Below, one piece after another: positions 11,737-25,600 of a stretch of 64,000 nt of DNA. The translations under genes were made by a program, and so were the position numbers. Source of the DNA: Heteronotia binoei. Lineage: Eukaryota. Below the pieces are notes generated by a model. The model did no database searches. It was given only the letters and a program-made list of their open reading frames with translations, and was not told where the DNA came from. The stretch lies in contig NC_083243.1 of assembly GCF_032191835.1 (NCBI RefSeq), forward strand, positions 175,522,001 to 175,586,000, written 5' to 3'. Position 1 is the first letter of the stretch, and each line of letters opens with the position of its first letter.

Positions 11737-12480
11737 GGGGCTGCTGGAGCCTGCGCCCCGCCGCAGCTTCGAGCTTTCTGCCTGGCCAGCGGGACTTTAG
11801 TCCCCGCCCTGTCCCGAGAAGAGGAGGCTGCGTGTGCAAGGCGGCGACCGGGAAGGGGGGTGGGTGGGGGGGAGGCTCGCCAGGCTTTGGCGTCCTTCCC
11901 AGCCCCACGTGCCCGTTTTAACGCTCCCGGGGTGCCCCTTCTGAGCGAACACACTCTCTCCTCCCCCACCCGGGCGGCCTATTCTTGCACTGGTCGAGGC
12001 TCGTCTGTTCTCCACGTGGAGAAGACTCTGGGGCAGCCCTTTGCCAAGCGCGGTTGGGGGCCCCGGGGCCACATTCAAAAGGCGCCAGAGATTGGCGGAA
12101 GAAGGAAAGGCAGCGGGGCGCTTCTTTGGACACGTGCTCTAAGCGGCCTTGCGAAACGGGCGATAAACGAACAGCAGCCGCGGCCCTTTTAAAAGCTTTC
12201 CATCTCTTTTGCTCGTTTTTAGACTTCTCTTTGGTTTTCGCATGGTACAGAGCCACTCGTTCCAGTGCAATGCAAAACCCAAAGAAATTTCCAAGTCACT
12301 GACCGAGCCAGGGGGAGATGAAGTGCCGCGGAAGTCGGAAGGTTAAGGGAGGACTTCCCACCTCCCCTTTTTGCCGGGACGTCGCTTGCACACGCTGCAA
12401 GTTTGCGCGTTAGACACTAGGCCGTGGCTGGGATCTTGGGCCAATGGGCGGCCTACCTACCTACCCGACCCATGACCTCA
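11030..12480. promoter_or_regulatory. CpG island / promoter of the unnamed gene
   Basis: Abrupt GC- and CpG-rich stretch over exon 1 and upstream; ETS-like cggaag (about 12328), CCAAT (about 12441). Confidence 0.7.
11247..11736 (-). CDS. Unnamed clan CD-like gene, exon 1 (signal peptide and N-terminal region)
   Basis: ccccATGG start, 490 nt, donor CTGG|gtgagt, phase 1. Confidence 0.88.
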
Positions 12481-12823
12481 AGGATTCTCTTTACGTAGTA
12501 ATTTCCCCCATACCAAATGTTCATCCAAACTACCAATTGTCTCCATGAAATTGCTCCGAAACGAAAAACCTTTCTGCCTCACAGGAACGGCGGGAAGAGC
12601 AGGGGGGGGGGGGGGAGGTTTGTGTCACCTTCTAGGCTGGTGTGCATCGACGGTCACGAATTGGAGGCCTGAGAGTGAGCTTGAACCGTGGTAACGCATA
12701 TTGGAGGGTACAGAGAGAGTTAGCAGTAGCACCTCGACAGCAATCCAGACTTGACTGTCAACCGCACCCTTCGCCCGCCTGCTCTTGTTGCAACCTGTGC
12801 CAACACGTGGGAAGGGGGGTTGC

Positions 12824-13347
12824 TAGGGTTGCCAATCCCCAGGTGGGGGCAGGGGATCCCCCGGTTTAGAGCGCCCCCCCCCCCCCCCGCTTCAGGGTTG
12901 TCAGAAAGCAGGGGAGAGGGGAGGGAAATGTCTGCTGGAAACACTATTATTCCTTATAGAGATTTATTCCCATAGGAAATCATGGTGAATTGGTATCTGG
13001 GGCTCAGGGGGGACTGTTTTTTAGGCTAGAGGCACCAAATTTTCAGTATAGTATCTAGTGCCTCTCCCCAAAATACCCCCCAAGTTTCAAAAAGATTGGA
13101 CCAGGGGGTCCAATTCTATGAGCCCCAAAAGGTGCTCCTATCCTTCATTATTTCCTATGGAAGGAAGGCATTGAAAAGGTGTGCCGTCCCTTTAAATGTG
13201 ATGGCCAGAACTCCCTTTGGAGTTCAATTATGCTTGTCACACCCTTGCTCCTAGCTCCGCCCCAGTGTCTCCTGGCTCCGCCCCAGTGTCTCCTGGCTCC
13301 ACCCCCAAAGTCCCCAGATATTTCTTGAATTGGACTTGGCAACCCTA
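12824..13347. mobile_element. Non-autonomous hAT (Blackjack-like) element, copy 2 (opposite orientation to copies 1 and 3)
   Basis: TIRs tagggttgcca / tggcaacccta; TSD ggggttgc / gggggtgc (1 mismatch). Confidence 0.88.
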
Positions 13348-13486
13348 GGGGGTGCGAGGTGTCAAAGGCGACTGGCACTCTGACCCTACCTTGTGCGCTT
13401 GTCAGTACATAGCTATGCCATCACTTGCTAGCAGGGCGTCGCTCAAATTTCTAAAATGAGACTTGCAGCCTTATGAACCTGTCTAG

Positions 13487-13598
13487 GGGTGCATTCACAC
13501 TACACTAAATAATGTGTTTTGCAACTGGATTTTTACTATTCTCACACAGTAAAAATCCAGTTGCAAAATGCATTATTTAGTGTAGTGTGAACGCACCC
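13487..13598. mobile_element. Palindromic MITE, PIF/Harbinger-like
   Basis: About 50-bp near-perfect inverted arms gggtgcattcacactacactaaataatg...; 3-bp TSD TAG. Confidence 0.75.
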
Positions 13599-13765
13599 TA
13601 GGAGCCGCATCTTCGAGCCGATCGCCTTCTAATCCCACCCAGACTATGGCGGCAGCTCCATCCTTGCTCCCGGTTTCATCCCACAGTACAACTTCCTTCA
13701 GAAGAGCCGTAAATTCCTGACCCACTCGCTGGTTCTACACATTAAAGAACTTTGTGCAATCGTAT

Positions 13766-13866
13766 GGGTTTACGTGCACGGCAAAAGGCTCCGATCCAGT
13801 TGCTTAAAAAGACAGCCATCTTTTAAAAACAACAGGATCGAGGCCTTTGCCGTGTAGACACGCACC
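13766..13866. mobile_element. Degenerate palindromic MITE, Harbinger-like
   Basis: cacggcaaaaggctccgatccagttg pairs with caacaggatcgaggcctttgccgtg; TAT on both flanks. Confidence 0.55.
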
Positions 13867-16800
13867 TATATGTTATGAATGTCGTGTGTAGAACCCGCGA
13901 GTCGGCTAAAGCTGCAATAGCGGTGGTAGTTGGAACTGCTTAACAGAGTACAACCCGCACTCCGCACATGCTCAGATGCATTACCGTAATATGCATGGGC
14001 AGAAGACCACGCGCGCCCCCACGCACCTGGCCCATCAACTAAAGAGAATGAACCGCGGCGACATGAGGGATTAAAAGGGGGTGAGTGGGGATCCTTAGCT
14101 AGACAGCGGTGGAGAGCGTCTCAGTCGGCTCTCGCCTTCAAAGGGCCACTGGAACGCGGGATTGAATTTCAATCAGAATATCTGATTGGGGAAAAAAGAC
14201 TAAAGAGCCGCCGCCCCCCTCATCGCAACTCTGGGCTAATTGGTTTATTGCAAGGTGCCATGAACTTTCCGCCGACAAACACAAGAAACCAGTTCGCATC
14301 TAAAGTTCCCTGCCGCTCTTTTGCCTTTTCACAGCTAGAGATTACCGCGGCCATCTTCCGAATAATTGAATGTTTGCCTCGCTATTTAAATAGTGATTAG
14401 GGGAGGTTCTCGAGAGCCCTATTCGGACTCGTTTAGCGTCCCATTCATCAGGACGCTGTTGGTATCCCCTTTGTCTTAAATTCTCACTTTGTTGTGCACT
14501 AGGCAACCTAAATCCATCACGCTTCGCCATATTTTCCATCCAGGTATCTGACAAAACACCTGTCAGCCTTCTAGACGCTTATAACAAGACACCACCCAGA
14601 CCATTTTTTACAAATAGGGGGAGGGGGGGATCATTTCATCTCCATGAATGCTGTTCCTACAATTTCAGCAATGCACCTGACCATTTTTCACCTCCCTAAA
14701 TTCCTCCAGTTATAGGACAGCATCAGTGGGTAGGAACAATGTACTCTAGGTGAAGGTACCGGTTCACCACCTCCCAGGTGAAGCAAGCGCAGCTTCATCA
14801 GGAAGTGGGGGGGGGGGGGCCCAAAAAGTTCATCAAGCCTGCAACATAGATGCAAACCCACCACCTCACATAGCTTTCAATCATCTTCAAAACCGAATCC
14901 AAATAATTTGTGCTAGAGCAAGAAAAGCTGGAAGGCAGATTCAGCTCTGCTTATGAAAAGGCTGCAGGCCTTCGAAGCAGAACAGCGTTTTGTCTGCCTT
15001 TTAGGTCACAGGGGTTCAGTGCAGCAAGTGTTGTGGAGGTGACAAGCGGATGATAGGCCTGATCAAAACATGACTGCTAGAAATCTTGCTGAAGCCTTGT
15101 AGTGGAATCATTTCACAGCCAGTACCTTTATTGTTCCAAGTCCCCTTTCTGCTAGTGGCCTACTGGGGTAAGCCCTTTTGTCCCTCATATACCACCCCCA
15201 CTCCCCAGACCACTTCATGTTAGTCAATCCAAAGATATGGGTTTCCTCTCCACTACTCCTGTAGAGCACACAAAGCGTGGACAGCTATTTTGAGACTCAA
15301 TACAATATGTACTCCATCTCCAAGATGTCAGCCTCTTGCACACCGCTTCCAGCCTGTTCTGGAGATACCAGGGATCGAGTCTGGGAATCTCAGCATGCAA
15401 CCCTATGCCCTACCACTGAGCCACAGGCTCCATTGCTCCCACAAATTCATTTTTTTTTAAAAAAAACAATGTATACTACATTTATGCATGCACCTAAATT
15501 ATCTGTAAGCATATTACCTAAAACTGAAATGCATGAAGTGGCTTGCAGGCTGTTAGTAAACAGGCACCAGGCATGTGTTAGCAGAGAAGAGCAGCAGTTA
15601 ATGAAGTGCCCCCCCCTCCCCGGCTGGAAACATTCGCACTCAGACCTAAAGCCACCAAATATCTATAGCACGTTTGAAATGTACAAAGTACTTTACCTGT
15701 ATCACCAAAATTCTTACAACAGCCCTGCATGATAGGCCAGTAGTATTATCTCCACCTTTTAGATGCAGAATAGCAGCTTGTCTAAGGCCTTTGTAGGTTT
15801 ATTTGATTTGAGAACTTGGTTCACCTCCTCAGCCATTAGCCTTCAGATGCTCTTACCCCAAAGATGGGAGACTTAGCTGATTTACAGAATTTAACTAATT
15901 CCCTGCTTAAGAAAACAACAAAACTGAAGTCAGTAGGCTTGTGACTGTATTTGACCCCAAATCTTTCTTCTTTAATTCATTTATAGTATTATACCATGCC
16001 TTTTGCCCCTACAGCTGCTTACACTGATCTCATCTCCATTTTACCGTATTTCACAACACCCCTGGGAAGTGGATTAGGCTTATATTCAGAACAGTTTCAA
16101 CTCAAGCTGGTTTACCACGAGTAATAACTCTCCCAGACAACTTCCATTTTGCCTCACCTCTGTGGATAACTGACTGCAAATCTGCATGAAGTATTTCAAA
16201 GTGGTCATGTTAGTTAAATCTCCAGAATATAATTCTAGACAGCAACCTTGAAGTATCATGCAAGAACCCCAAACATAGGATCTGGCTTTATAGATCACAT
16301 TATTCAGACCATGATTCCTTGTACCTTAGCAGCAGCAGCAAAACCAGGTTTTTAAAAAAACGCATGCTTGGCTTTAGAGAGAGATGTCTCATCACTGTTA
16401 AAGGTAGAAAGAAAAGCACATACGAGGCTGCAAAACTTCACAGCTTCCCTTAATGCTTTACCCCACAGAAAAGGGGCTAGTTAGGGTATTATTTTCATAA
16501 CCTACACATACAAGAATGTGTAGGATTTCCACAGAAGGAAATCTGCAAGTTGAAATGTAGTAAGGGAAGTAATAGGGGATTGCTCCTCATCAAGCAGCTT
16601 CTTCATGTGGCAGTTGCCTGTTTATATATCCCTCAGCAATAAACAAAGCATCCCCACTATTCCTTTACCTATACAAGTCTCTACCTATTCCCAGACATCT
16701 GTGGCCAGAGCATTGCAGGCATGGAATGCCTCTGTATGTTTTAAGCCAGATCTCTGCAACTCACCAGCCATATACTGTGGACTGCTATGTACCTGGCAAC

Positions 16801-17751
16801 CTATGTTTATAATCCTTTTCAAGTCTAGGGAGCCATTAAAAATGAGACGTCTTTCATGTTCTCGGTAGGCTGCTTGACATGGTTGATGGCTGTTTGTCTT
16901 GGTGGTCACAAGTTGCGCATGAATGCTTTTGGCCAAGGTCATTTTCTGACTATCCTGATAGTTAAGCTATGCTGCGTGACAGCTGCTGAGGCCATATCCC
17001 TGAACCCACTTGCTCCATTATCACATCACTGCTGCAGTATTATTCTTTCAAAATTACACACCACTTTGGTTCAACTACCTCCCTTTCCTCCCAACTCCAA
17101 TGAGCTAGGCTCAGTCTTCCCTTAAAGCAGATTGGAAGGACGGACTTTGTAATTCAGAAGTGACAGGGACTTTTCTTAATCCAACTAACTATTCCTGTAG
17201 CAAAGGCACAAAGAAGTGTATCCATTCACAGTTCAGTTCTAATGGGGGCAGCGGGGCTCAGGGTGCTCAGCCTGCCTCTTCTTAATTAAACCACTTTTGA
17301 AAACAAAAATCAATCATAAAATACCTCTCTTTGTAAAGAATAAACTTCCCAAAGGGAGAGTTAAATGTAATATTAAAGGCTACACATAATCTCTTAAAAC
17401 TGAATGGCAACCATCCATTTCACACACAGAACCACAGACTAATTTCTGAGGTTACAATCTGGCAATGTCTTGTTTTGTAAGGATTATGGTGGGCTTCTTA
17501 CTGACAGGCACAAGGATACAATAGTGATTATACCCCAGGATCATCTGCTGTCATCATCTTATGTTCTGTACTGTGTTCAGTTTACAATATACTTCCAAAC
17601 ACTGTTTTTGCAAGAGATGGAAAATAAATATTTCATCCAGCAATTGCCTGCACTTACTTCTGAAAAGCCTTTTTACCACTTAAGAATGTATCACTTAAGA
17701 AAAAGAATGTACCTCACCCTTCCTCTAAATGATGCTGCTTAGCATTTGTGC

Positions 17752-18052
17752 TACCTAGCCCTGTGGCGCAGAGTGGTAAAGCTGCAGTACTGCAGTCGGA
17801 GCCCTCTGCTCATGACCTGAGTTCGATCCCCGGCGGAAGCTGGGTTTTCAGGTAGCCGGCTCGAGGTTGACTCAGCCTTCCATCCTTCTGAGGTCAGTAA
17901 AATGAGTACCCAGCTTGCTGGGGGAAAAGTGTAGATGATTGGGGAAGGCAATGGCAAACCACCCCGTAGAAAGTCTGCCGCGAAAACGTTGTGAAAGCAA
18001 CATTACCCCAGAGTCGAAAACAACTGGTGCTTGCACAGGGGACTACCTTTAC
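17752..18052 (+). mobile_element. Sauria SINE (Squam1)-like element
   Basis: gccctgtggcgcagagtggtaaagctgcagtactgcag head, RTE/BovB-like tail ending ctacctttac; TSD agcatttgtgc. Confidence 0.88.
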
Positions 18053-19565
18053 AGCATTTGTGCACATGTGTATAGAGACTCAAATAGAAACTTGACCCTC
18101 ATCTCTAAGCTGTGCAAAAGGGAGGCTTCTGTGGATGAGTTTCCTTCACATCCACTTAAGTCACAAACTACTATCTTTTATTTACTACTATTTGGTATGT
18201 GTGGTAGATTCAGGGGGGGAAATCAGGCATTCCAAAATAAGAAACTTGACATTTCACCGATTTAAATCCATTCACCTTGGATCAAGTTACCCCTGAGCAA
18301 CATAAGAGAAATATGACTTTGAAAGAAACAACCCCGTATCAACTGCTGAACTGTTTGCTAGAGAAACCCCAGGCTGAGCATTTCCATCCCACCACATTCA
18401 AGGATGGCTGATCTTGAATGGCAAAGGTGACAGAGAGAGAAAGAGAACTAACTTGTGTGTGCAAATTTATTGACTTCCACCAGCTCTTCTACATTGCCCC
18501 TTTCCTTGCTCCAACCTCAAGCAATCCAACAAAGCGCAGAACACCGGATGGCGAGGTGCCCCTGCAGACCGCAGCAGGAGAGAGACGCCCACCGGTACTA
18601 CAGTGAAGAGGGCTGTGAAAGACGAGAGTGCCTGCCTGAAGCGAACATCAGACAAGAGATGAGCAGGCAGCCGGACATCCAAATGGTCACTGAGGTATGG
18701 GCACCACACCTGGAGCCAGCCAACTGCACGACATGCAGTGTAAAGAAGCTAGCCATCTACTGAAAGTGAGCGGTTCCCTGCCCCTATCACTACAGGGCTA
18801 TTAACCAGCTACTGCGAGGCTGATCTTTGGCAGATTTTGCAAGAGGAGGCTAAGCAGCGCAGTCCCGGCAATGGGCTGGCAGCCACGGTGAAGGCAGGAC
18901 ACGCCATCGTCTCCCAGCAGGGAAGAGCTGCACAGGCCATTCAGGGTCTCACACTGCATTGTGCTTCCCGTTACCTGAATACTCCTGCTGCTGAAACAGC
19001 TAAGTGTGCAAGTGTCAGAAAATCGGTACAACAAAAGTGTTGGGAAGACCATTCGCCCCTTGAAATAGATATGAAGACTGAAACCCAGCACCAAGTACGA
19101 AGTGGGAACCCCTCACTGTCAAAGCATTTGGCACCACCTGCTGTCCAACCATGGGACTACCACAGGGGAAAGAGACAGACCACTTGTATGGCGTCTCCAA
19201 ACCCCTCAAACATCCCAAACTCAGTAAGTCTGAGGTCTAGCTCAACCAATGCCGATGATTCCTGCCAGTCCATCCTTTTCCGCTGCTGTGGTTCCGGTGG
19301 AGGGGCTGCTATCCCAAGGCTACAATTTCCTCCTTGATCCAGGGGCAGAAATGCTGCTGCCGTCTGCCCCTAAAGACTTAACACGATCACAGTGCGACAG
19401 GATAACTTCATTGTGGCTAACGATACTCTAGGAGGGCAGAGGTGCAGCCTTTGGTCAGTTGTTAGTAGCCCTGAGGGAGCAGCAGGAGATGATAACCCCT
19501 GCAAATATAGAAGAAGAGCCATTGTGGCAAAGAAGAATTCTCATGCTGACAGGCACTCTTTGCAC

Positions 19566-19604
19566 TCAGGAAATGCAGCAGTTGGACGGCTTTGCGCTTC
19601 GAGC
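19566..19604 (-). CDS. ZFAND2B: ZFAND2B coding exon 9 (CaaX)
   Basis: ttgtttctgctctag| ARSAKPSNCCIS*. Confidence 0.9.
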   Translation of the reverse strand, partial: ARSAKPSNCCIS

Positions 19605-22600
19605 CTAGAGCAGAAACAAGTGAAGGAAGAGAACAGCCAGAATGAGACTGAATTTTCACCCCTCCCACTAGAACAAACCAACAGAAACTTATGCCACACA
19701 TACAAGCTCACAGCTTTCCAACGCCGTCCTTAGTAAGTCCGCGGAACTACCACTCCTGCAGTTCTGCACTCATAATAGCTAAATTTCCTTGATTCCTAAA
19801 ATTCTTGCCAAGCCATTACAGCGAATAGCTAGAGACCCCTATCCTCAACAAATTGGTCTATATTCCCTTCTAAAATGCACCCTTGCGGCTAAGAGGTTAC
19901 AGCTTCCCACAGTGAAAGCAACTGAAGAGCTCAGGTAGATTCTCTCCTATACTGGTGCATGGCAATTCATTTTGTTATAACATTCACAAAAAGAATGGCA
20001 TTTACCTCAGCAAGGCTAAAATCCTACCCAGAAGAGCCAGTTTGGTGTAGTGGTTAAGTGTGTGGACTCTTATCTGGGACAACCGGGTTTGATTCCCCAC
20101 TCCTCCATTTGCACCTGCTGGAATGGCCTTGGGTTAGCCATAGCCCTGGCAGAGGTTGTCCTTGAAAGGGCAGCTGCTGTGAGAGCCCTCTCAGCCCTAC
20201 CCACCTCACAGGGTGTCTGTTGTGGGGGAGGAAGATAAAGGAGATTGTGAGCCTCTCTGAGACTCTTCGGAGTGGAGGGCAGGATATAAATCCAATATCT
20301 TCTTCTTCTTCTTCTATCAGCCTAAGGTACTGCTGGGAGAAGACCCAAAGGAGGCAGAACTATGGCTTCTTGTTTAGCTCCAGTATGTAGATTAGCTTAG
20401 CCTTGGATGCCTTTGCAAGGACCCCATGCACTCTCCTCACAGCAAAGCCTCCATCAATACTCTGAGATTGTGACCACGACCAGAGGGGCCAATCCAAGGG
20501 CAACCCTCAATTCACTCACCTGTTGTTGCTGCTGCTGCTGCTGCCGCCGGTATTCCTCCTCGCTAGCTGAAAGGGCCTGAGCCAGTGCCAGATCTTCCTC
20601 CTCCTGGGTGCTGTGGCAGACAGAAATTGGATGACTCAGACATGCTGTGCAATTAGGATTCCTCCCCCAGCTCCCTGGCACATTAATCTCAATATAGGGA
20701 ACACACACTACAGCTAGAAACGGCACACATGCTGGGCGATCTGTCTTCAGAACCTCCTAGATCTGGGAGGTGACAGGATCAAGGCTGCTATGTGTATGTG
20801 TGTGGTGCGGGGAGGCAGAAAACCATGGGAAAAAACTGGCTTCACAGTGATGGTAAGGAGGGGAGGGAAAGGCAGCTGCGGCAGGAGAATCTGCCTAAAA
20901 CCAAGGCGTCTGCCAAAACCAAGGAAACTGATGAAACCCTTGTCCATTTCAAAGCCGCTGTGGCTGTTTTTTAAGGCAAAAAAATACACATCAAGAGATT
21001 TAATCAACCATGGATCCCCAGCAACATCAATACGTTGCTCCTTGGCTCGCTCATGCAAGGAAGCAGAGGTGAAATGCAAAAGCCCTCCCCTGCTCTTTCT
21101 GCCACAGAAGTAATACGCATATGAAGCTTGCTGATCACAGACCCAGGAGACCTCACGAGGCATAATAAGAGAACTGGCCCTTCAGTGCCAAGAGACACTC
21201 AGTGAACTAGGGGCAGCATAAATCATACTGTGGTTCAAGCAGGTTTGGGTTGGGCAGCTCCCTCCTCACTGTGCCAGACTGCCCCACACAAGCGGATTCC
21301 AAGCACTCAATGAGGACCTACAGTCAGGTGGTCTCTTAAAGGTAACTGCCACTGTGCTGTACCTGCGGGACTGCGGTTGGGTGGACACTGTCTCTGCAAG
21401 CGACATCTCCAAGGCTCGTTGCAGTGCTTCCTCCTCACTCTGAAACAGCACAAAACCAGAGTCCTGCTAACAGAGTCAGCCTGGTCATCTTTTACTGCCT
21501 GCAGGGCTCTGTGGATTCCAAGAATTTGGATAGGGGTTTTTCTTGCTACCCTTAGAGCCAACAATAAATTACGCACATTAGTGAATTCTGCATCAAGGTA
21601 ATTTGCATTTTTGGAACATGCTAATAGGAGAGGGCAAAAAGAGAGATAACACAGCAGAAAATACCCTTGTTAGGAGAGATAAACTCAGTTCCTCTTTACC
21701 CCAGTTCCCTCCGGAAGCTGACAATCTGTTTTCTTTTCTGGTTCAAATCAAATTCTTCTCTTTTGTTTCATTCAGCACTTGAGGTTATAATGATTATCTT
21801 TGGAGGTAGCAGGTCCACATTGGACCCTGAGCATACTTCCTGGTTTTTCAGGTTGCTATTTTAAGCCAAGAAATGCGCATCTTTGCTAATTCTGGTTCTT
21901 TTTAGCTTCCATTCCATTTTCTGATTTTTTTTTTCCTCCCTGAAGATTCTAAAGAATTTGGAGCTGGGATGTGCTTCATCTTTGTAAAGCAGCTTTGTAA
22001 AGCACAGAGTGGTAAGCTGCAGTACTGCAAGTTCTGCTCATGACCTGAGTTTGATCCTGGCAGAAGCTGGGCTCAGGTAGCTGGCTCAAGGTTGATTCAG
22101 CCTTCCTTCTTTCTGAGGTTGGTAAACTGAGTACACAGCTTGTTAGGGGTAAAGTGTAAATGTCTGGGGCAGGCAATAGCAAACCACCCCATAAAAAGTC
22201 TGCTATGAAAACGTTGTGATGCAATGTCACCCCAGAGTTGGAAATGACTGGTGCTTGCACAGGAGACTACCTTTACCTTTATTGTATTCTTAAGTGAGAT
22301 GCAATGATAACCGTCCATTCTGCAGGATGAGCATGGAGGATGCTTTTCAGTGCCAATGGCATGTTGAGAAAGAAGAAACTTTTGAGTGTCCAGTGTGTGG
22401 ACCACCACTTACCAGACCATTCTGTAGGTCAACAGACAGAGGAGAAGTACTTTGGGGCTGGGGGGCTCTTGCTGTCTCACCGGCTCTGCATGCAAAGGAG
22501 AGAAGAGGGGTCAACTAGTACAAATCATCTACACACCCAATGGAGAGGAACTCTCTGGAATGAGTGGCCTTACATGGCACAAAGCAAGGTCCACATTCAT

Positions 22601-25600
22601 GTTCCTGAGAAGTCACTGGGCTCTGTGATATTTTTGTGCCTCAGAGGCATAAGGCTGGACGGAAAGGAAATCTAGCTTTACAACACACGCGTGCCATGGT
22701 AAGTCATTGTCAGAAAAGCCATAGCTAAACATTAGGGAAGGGAAATGATAGGGATCATTAGTGTTATGGTAGCTCCTGAGAATACTATAAGCTATAGGTG
22801 AAAGAAGAACCTAGGGAAGACATTGTCTTTTGTGCCCTGTCTGTTGGCTATCTAGAGAAACTGCATAAAACAGGCTGCTGGACCACTGGTCTGATCCAGC
22901 AGGGGTCTTCTTATGTTTAAGAAGGCAGGGCAGGGAAAGGTGGTTGTTTTGATACCTGCTAGGGGTTGGTGGACTTCCAACAGACCTCTTGGCCCCACTG
23001 CTGGATGCAGTGCACTCAGGTGCTTTGGTTGACTTTTGAGCTCTGTCAATGGCTGCATGCCTGCAGGAGTAAACACAGCCCTCAGGAACTCAGTAGGAAC
23101 AACAACACCCTCATTACTGCACAAAACCCTTCCTGTCATCAGCCTTCACTGAAGTAGCTCTCCGCCAACACCTGTGCTTCCTCTCAACTCATCTCAGCTG
23201 TAGATGCAGCCAGCTGGGCAAGTGCCAAAGATGTTTACAACATTAGAGGAAGAACATGCTTTGTCTACCAATCCCATAATGCTTTAACAAAGCAGTCTAA
23301 ACAATCATGGATGGAGAAAAAAAGTGTATAAACACAAGTCCCCGAAGATGTGCACTAAGATTGCACTCCTAGAACTGGCACAGATGCACAGCCAACCAAA
23401 CAGCGTTTACCCAGGACATCCCCAGTTCTGCCTTTACCCTGCCTTGGAGAGTGGATGCCCAGCCCCAGTGCAGTCATGATCCAGGGGGTGTCGGTGCTTG
23501 AGGCAAAAGTTGCCGCGACATTGGTCACAAACAACCTTCATCATCTCCCGTTGCTTGCAGCCAGGCCGCTGACACTTGTTGGTGAAGATCTAGGTAGACA
23601 AGAGGCAGTTGTGACTGATGGAGAGCCGAGAAACAAAAAGTACCAGCCTGCTTTGCACCGAAAGAAGCCTCCCAGTCCAAGGGATGGAAAATGACCCTAG
23701 CATACACACTATTCTTAATCTTGCATTTTGAACCCACCTGGTTCTAATCCAGCTCTTAGGCAACAGACATTATAGCCTCAGAGAACTCTGCTGATACCTC
23801 CGTTTTGACACATAACTCTTTCCTGCTGTCGCAGCTTTTTCAATGCCCCCCCCCCCCCCAATTTTGGGCTGATCACATCTCTGTCACACTACCGCTGATA
23901 GGATCCCTCATCGTTTGGATCGAGGCCATGCTCTGCACTGTTCATGAGAGACGTTCTAGAGTCCACTGGGGATTGGCTGCAATCAACCAACTGCCCTCAC
24001 TCAACATGAGGAACCTCACCCTGGCAGACGACTCAGGCTTTGGATGCACCTGATTTTGGTGGGCTCAAAGCAAAGTCCCACCACAGGCCGTTACTTCCTA
24101 CCTTGCGCTTTCGCTGAGCCGGGTCCGATTTGCAATCCTGGTCTATGTGTGCGCCCACCACAATATCAGGCATCTCTCCTCGCTTCACAGGAATGGGCGT
24201 GCTGCAGAGTGGGCACACAGGAACCTGCACATCCTGAGCACAGAACAGAGGTTGAGCTGATGCTCAAGGGGCAGTCTCTTCAACCATTCAGTATATGCAG
24301 TTCCCTAGTGAGCTCAGTTGCTCCCAAACAATCAGTCCCAACAAGAAGTCTTCCAGAATATGCTTCAGCTCCGACTTTGAGAAGCCTCAGAGGGAAGTGA
24401 GCTCCAAAGTTTTAAAACATCTACTAAAAAAAGCCTTTGTGCACTCCATTCTTTTATGGAGTTGATGCACAGATAAAATTCAGGTGATATGGGAGTTAAT
24501 AATTTTCTTATTTTAGGTCTACTTTGCTCAAATCTTATGCTTGATTTAAAAAAAAAAAAAAAAAAACAGTTAAGCTAAGCTGGGCTTGCCATCACTCTCA
24601 CCAGGATTCAGCTTCTATTACCTGCCTGACATCCAGTCCCCTGCCAGAGCTCAGATCACAAGGCCTGTGTCATACAGGAAGGAAAGGATGTAGAGATGGC
24701 ACCAAAGCCCAAGTCTTCAGCTGCTCTCCCCAAAAGTCTCAAACACCACGTCAGAGGAAGATTTAAAAAAAAAAAGACCCTTGAGAAAGGGGACTAGGAA
24801 CCTCATGATGAACAGCAAAAGACGATAAGACACAATATCTTCGATTGATTTCCAGGCACAGGTTAATATTCAAGGAAACAGCAATTTCACATTCAAGTTA
24901 AGAAACACCTTGGCAAGTGGCCAGGAACTCACAACAGCTAGGGGCATAGCAAAGCAGCCACCTTCCCAGCCCTGTTCACGAAACAGAGAAGCTGTAGAAA
25001 GGGCAGTGATGGGCAAGGGAATCAACAGGATTAGATTTTCTGAGGAAGAGATTGACCATTACAGACATAATGTAATCTTACACTATTTTATTCCAGCCAC
25101 TATTTTCTTCCTAAGAACTTAATAGACACATAATAGACACTGGGGTTTTTTCTAACCATTTTCCACCAACTTCCACGGCCATGGAACCAGTTTGTAAATT
25201 ATTGCGCTCATGCCCCCAATGATACATCCCTATATTAACTAGCAATCCTGATGAACTTGAAGTCAAACCTATTCAGGTTGTCTTGGGTTGCTCTGGTATT
25301 GAAGTCAAGTTGTATTTGGCTTCCTGTTTTTAATCTGCCTGTAATGGGAGTTATACCAAACCTAATTTGACTGCTTTTTTCACAAAGTAAAAAATGTCTG
25401 CTGGATCTGTACCAGAATTACTCCTTTGAAATTCATTCAAATAAACAGCACAAGATTGAGCTTTTATTACCTCAAACTATTTCAGTACTCAAATTCATTG
25501 CTCAGATAGCAAGTAAAATATGAGCGACTTTGTTAGTAAAGTAGGTAGCAAATTATTGTGGCATGCAGACAGTGAATGAGCCTCCAGTTGGAAAATTTCT

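Noticed and set aside
11297-12192. Long overlapping ORFs (203, 204 and 274 aa) on both strands
   Set aside because: Shadow ORFs of the GC-rich CpG island; the frame starting at 11736 has the signal peptide and a splice-compatible donor.
17757-17835. tRNA-like sequences here and at 9500, 20035, 39800, 51720 and 57790
   Set aside because: They are SINE heads followed by SINE body and tail, not tRNA genes.
15277-19733. Several 100-170 aa ORFs (15277, 18455, 18837, 19392)
   Set aside because: No protein-like features; those above 18450 fall in the predicted ZFAND2B 3' UTR.
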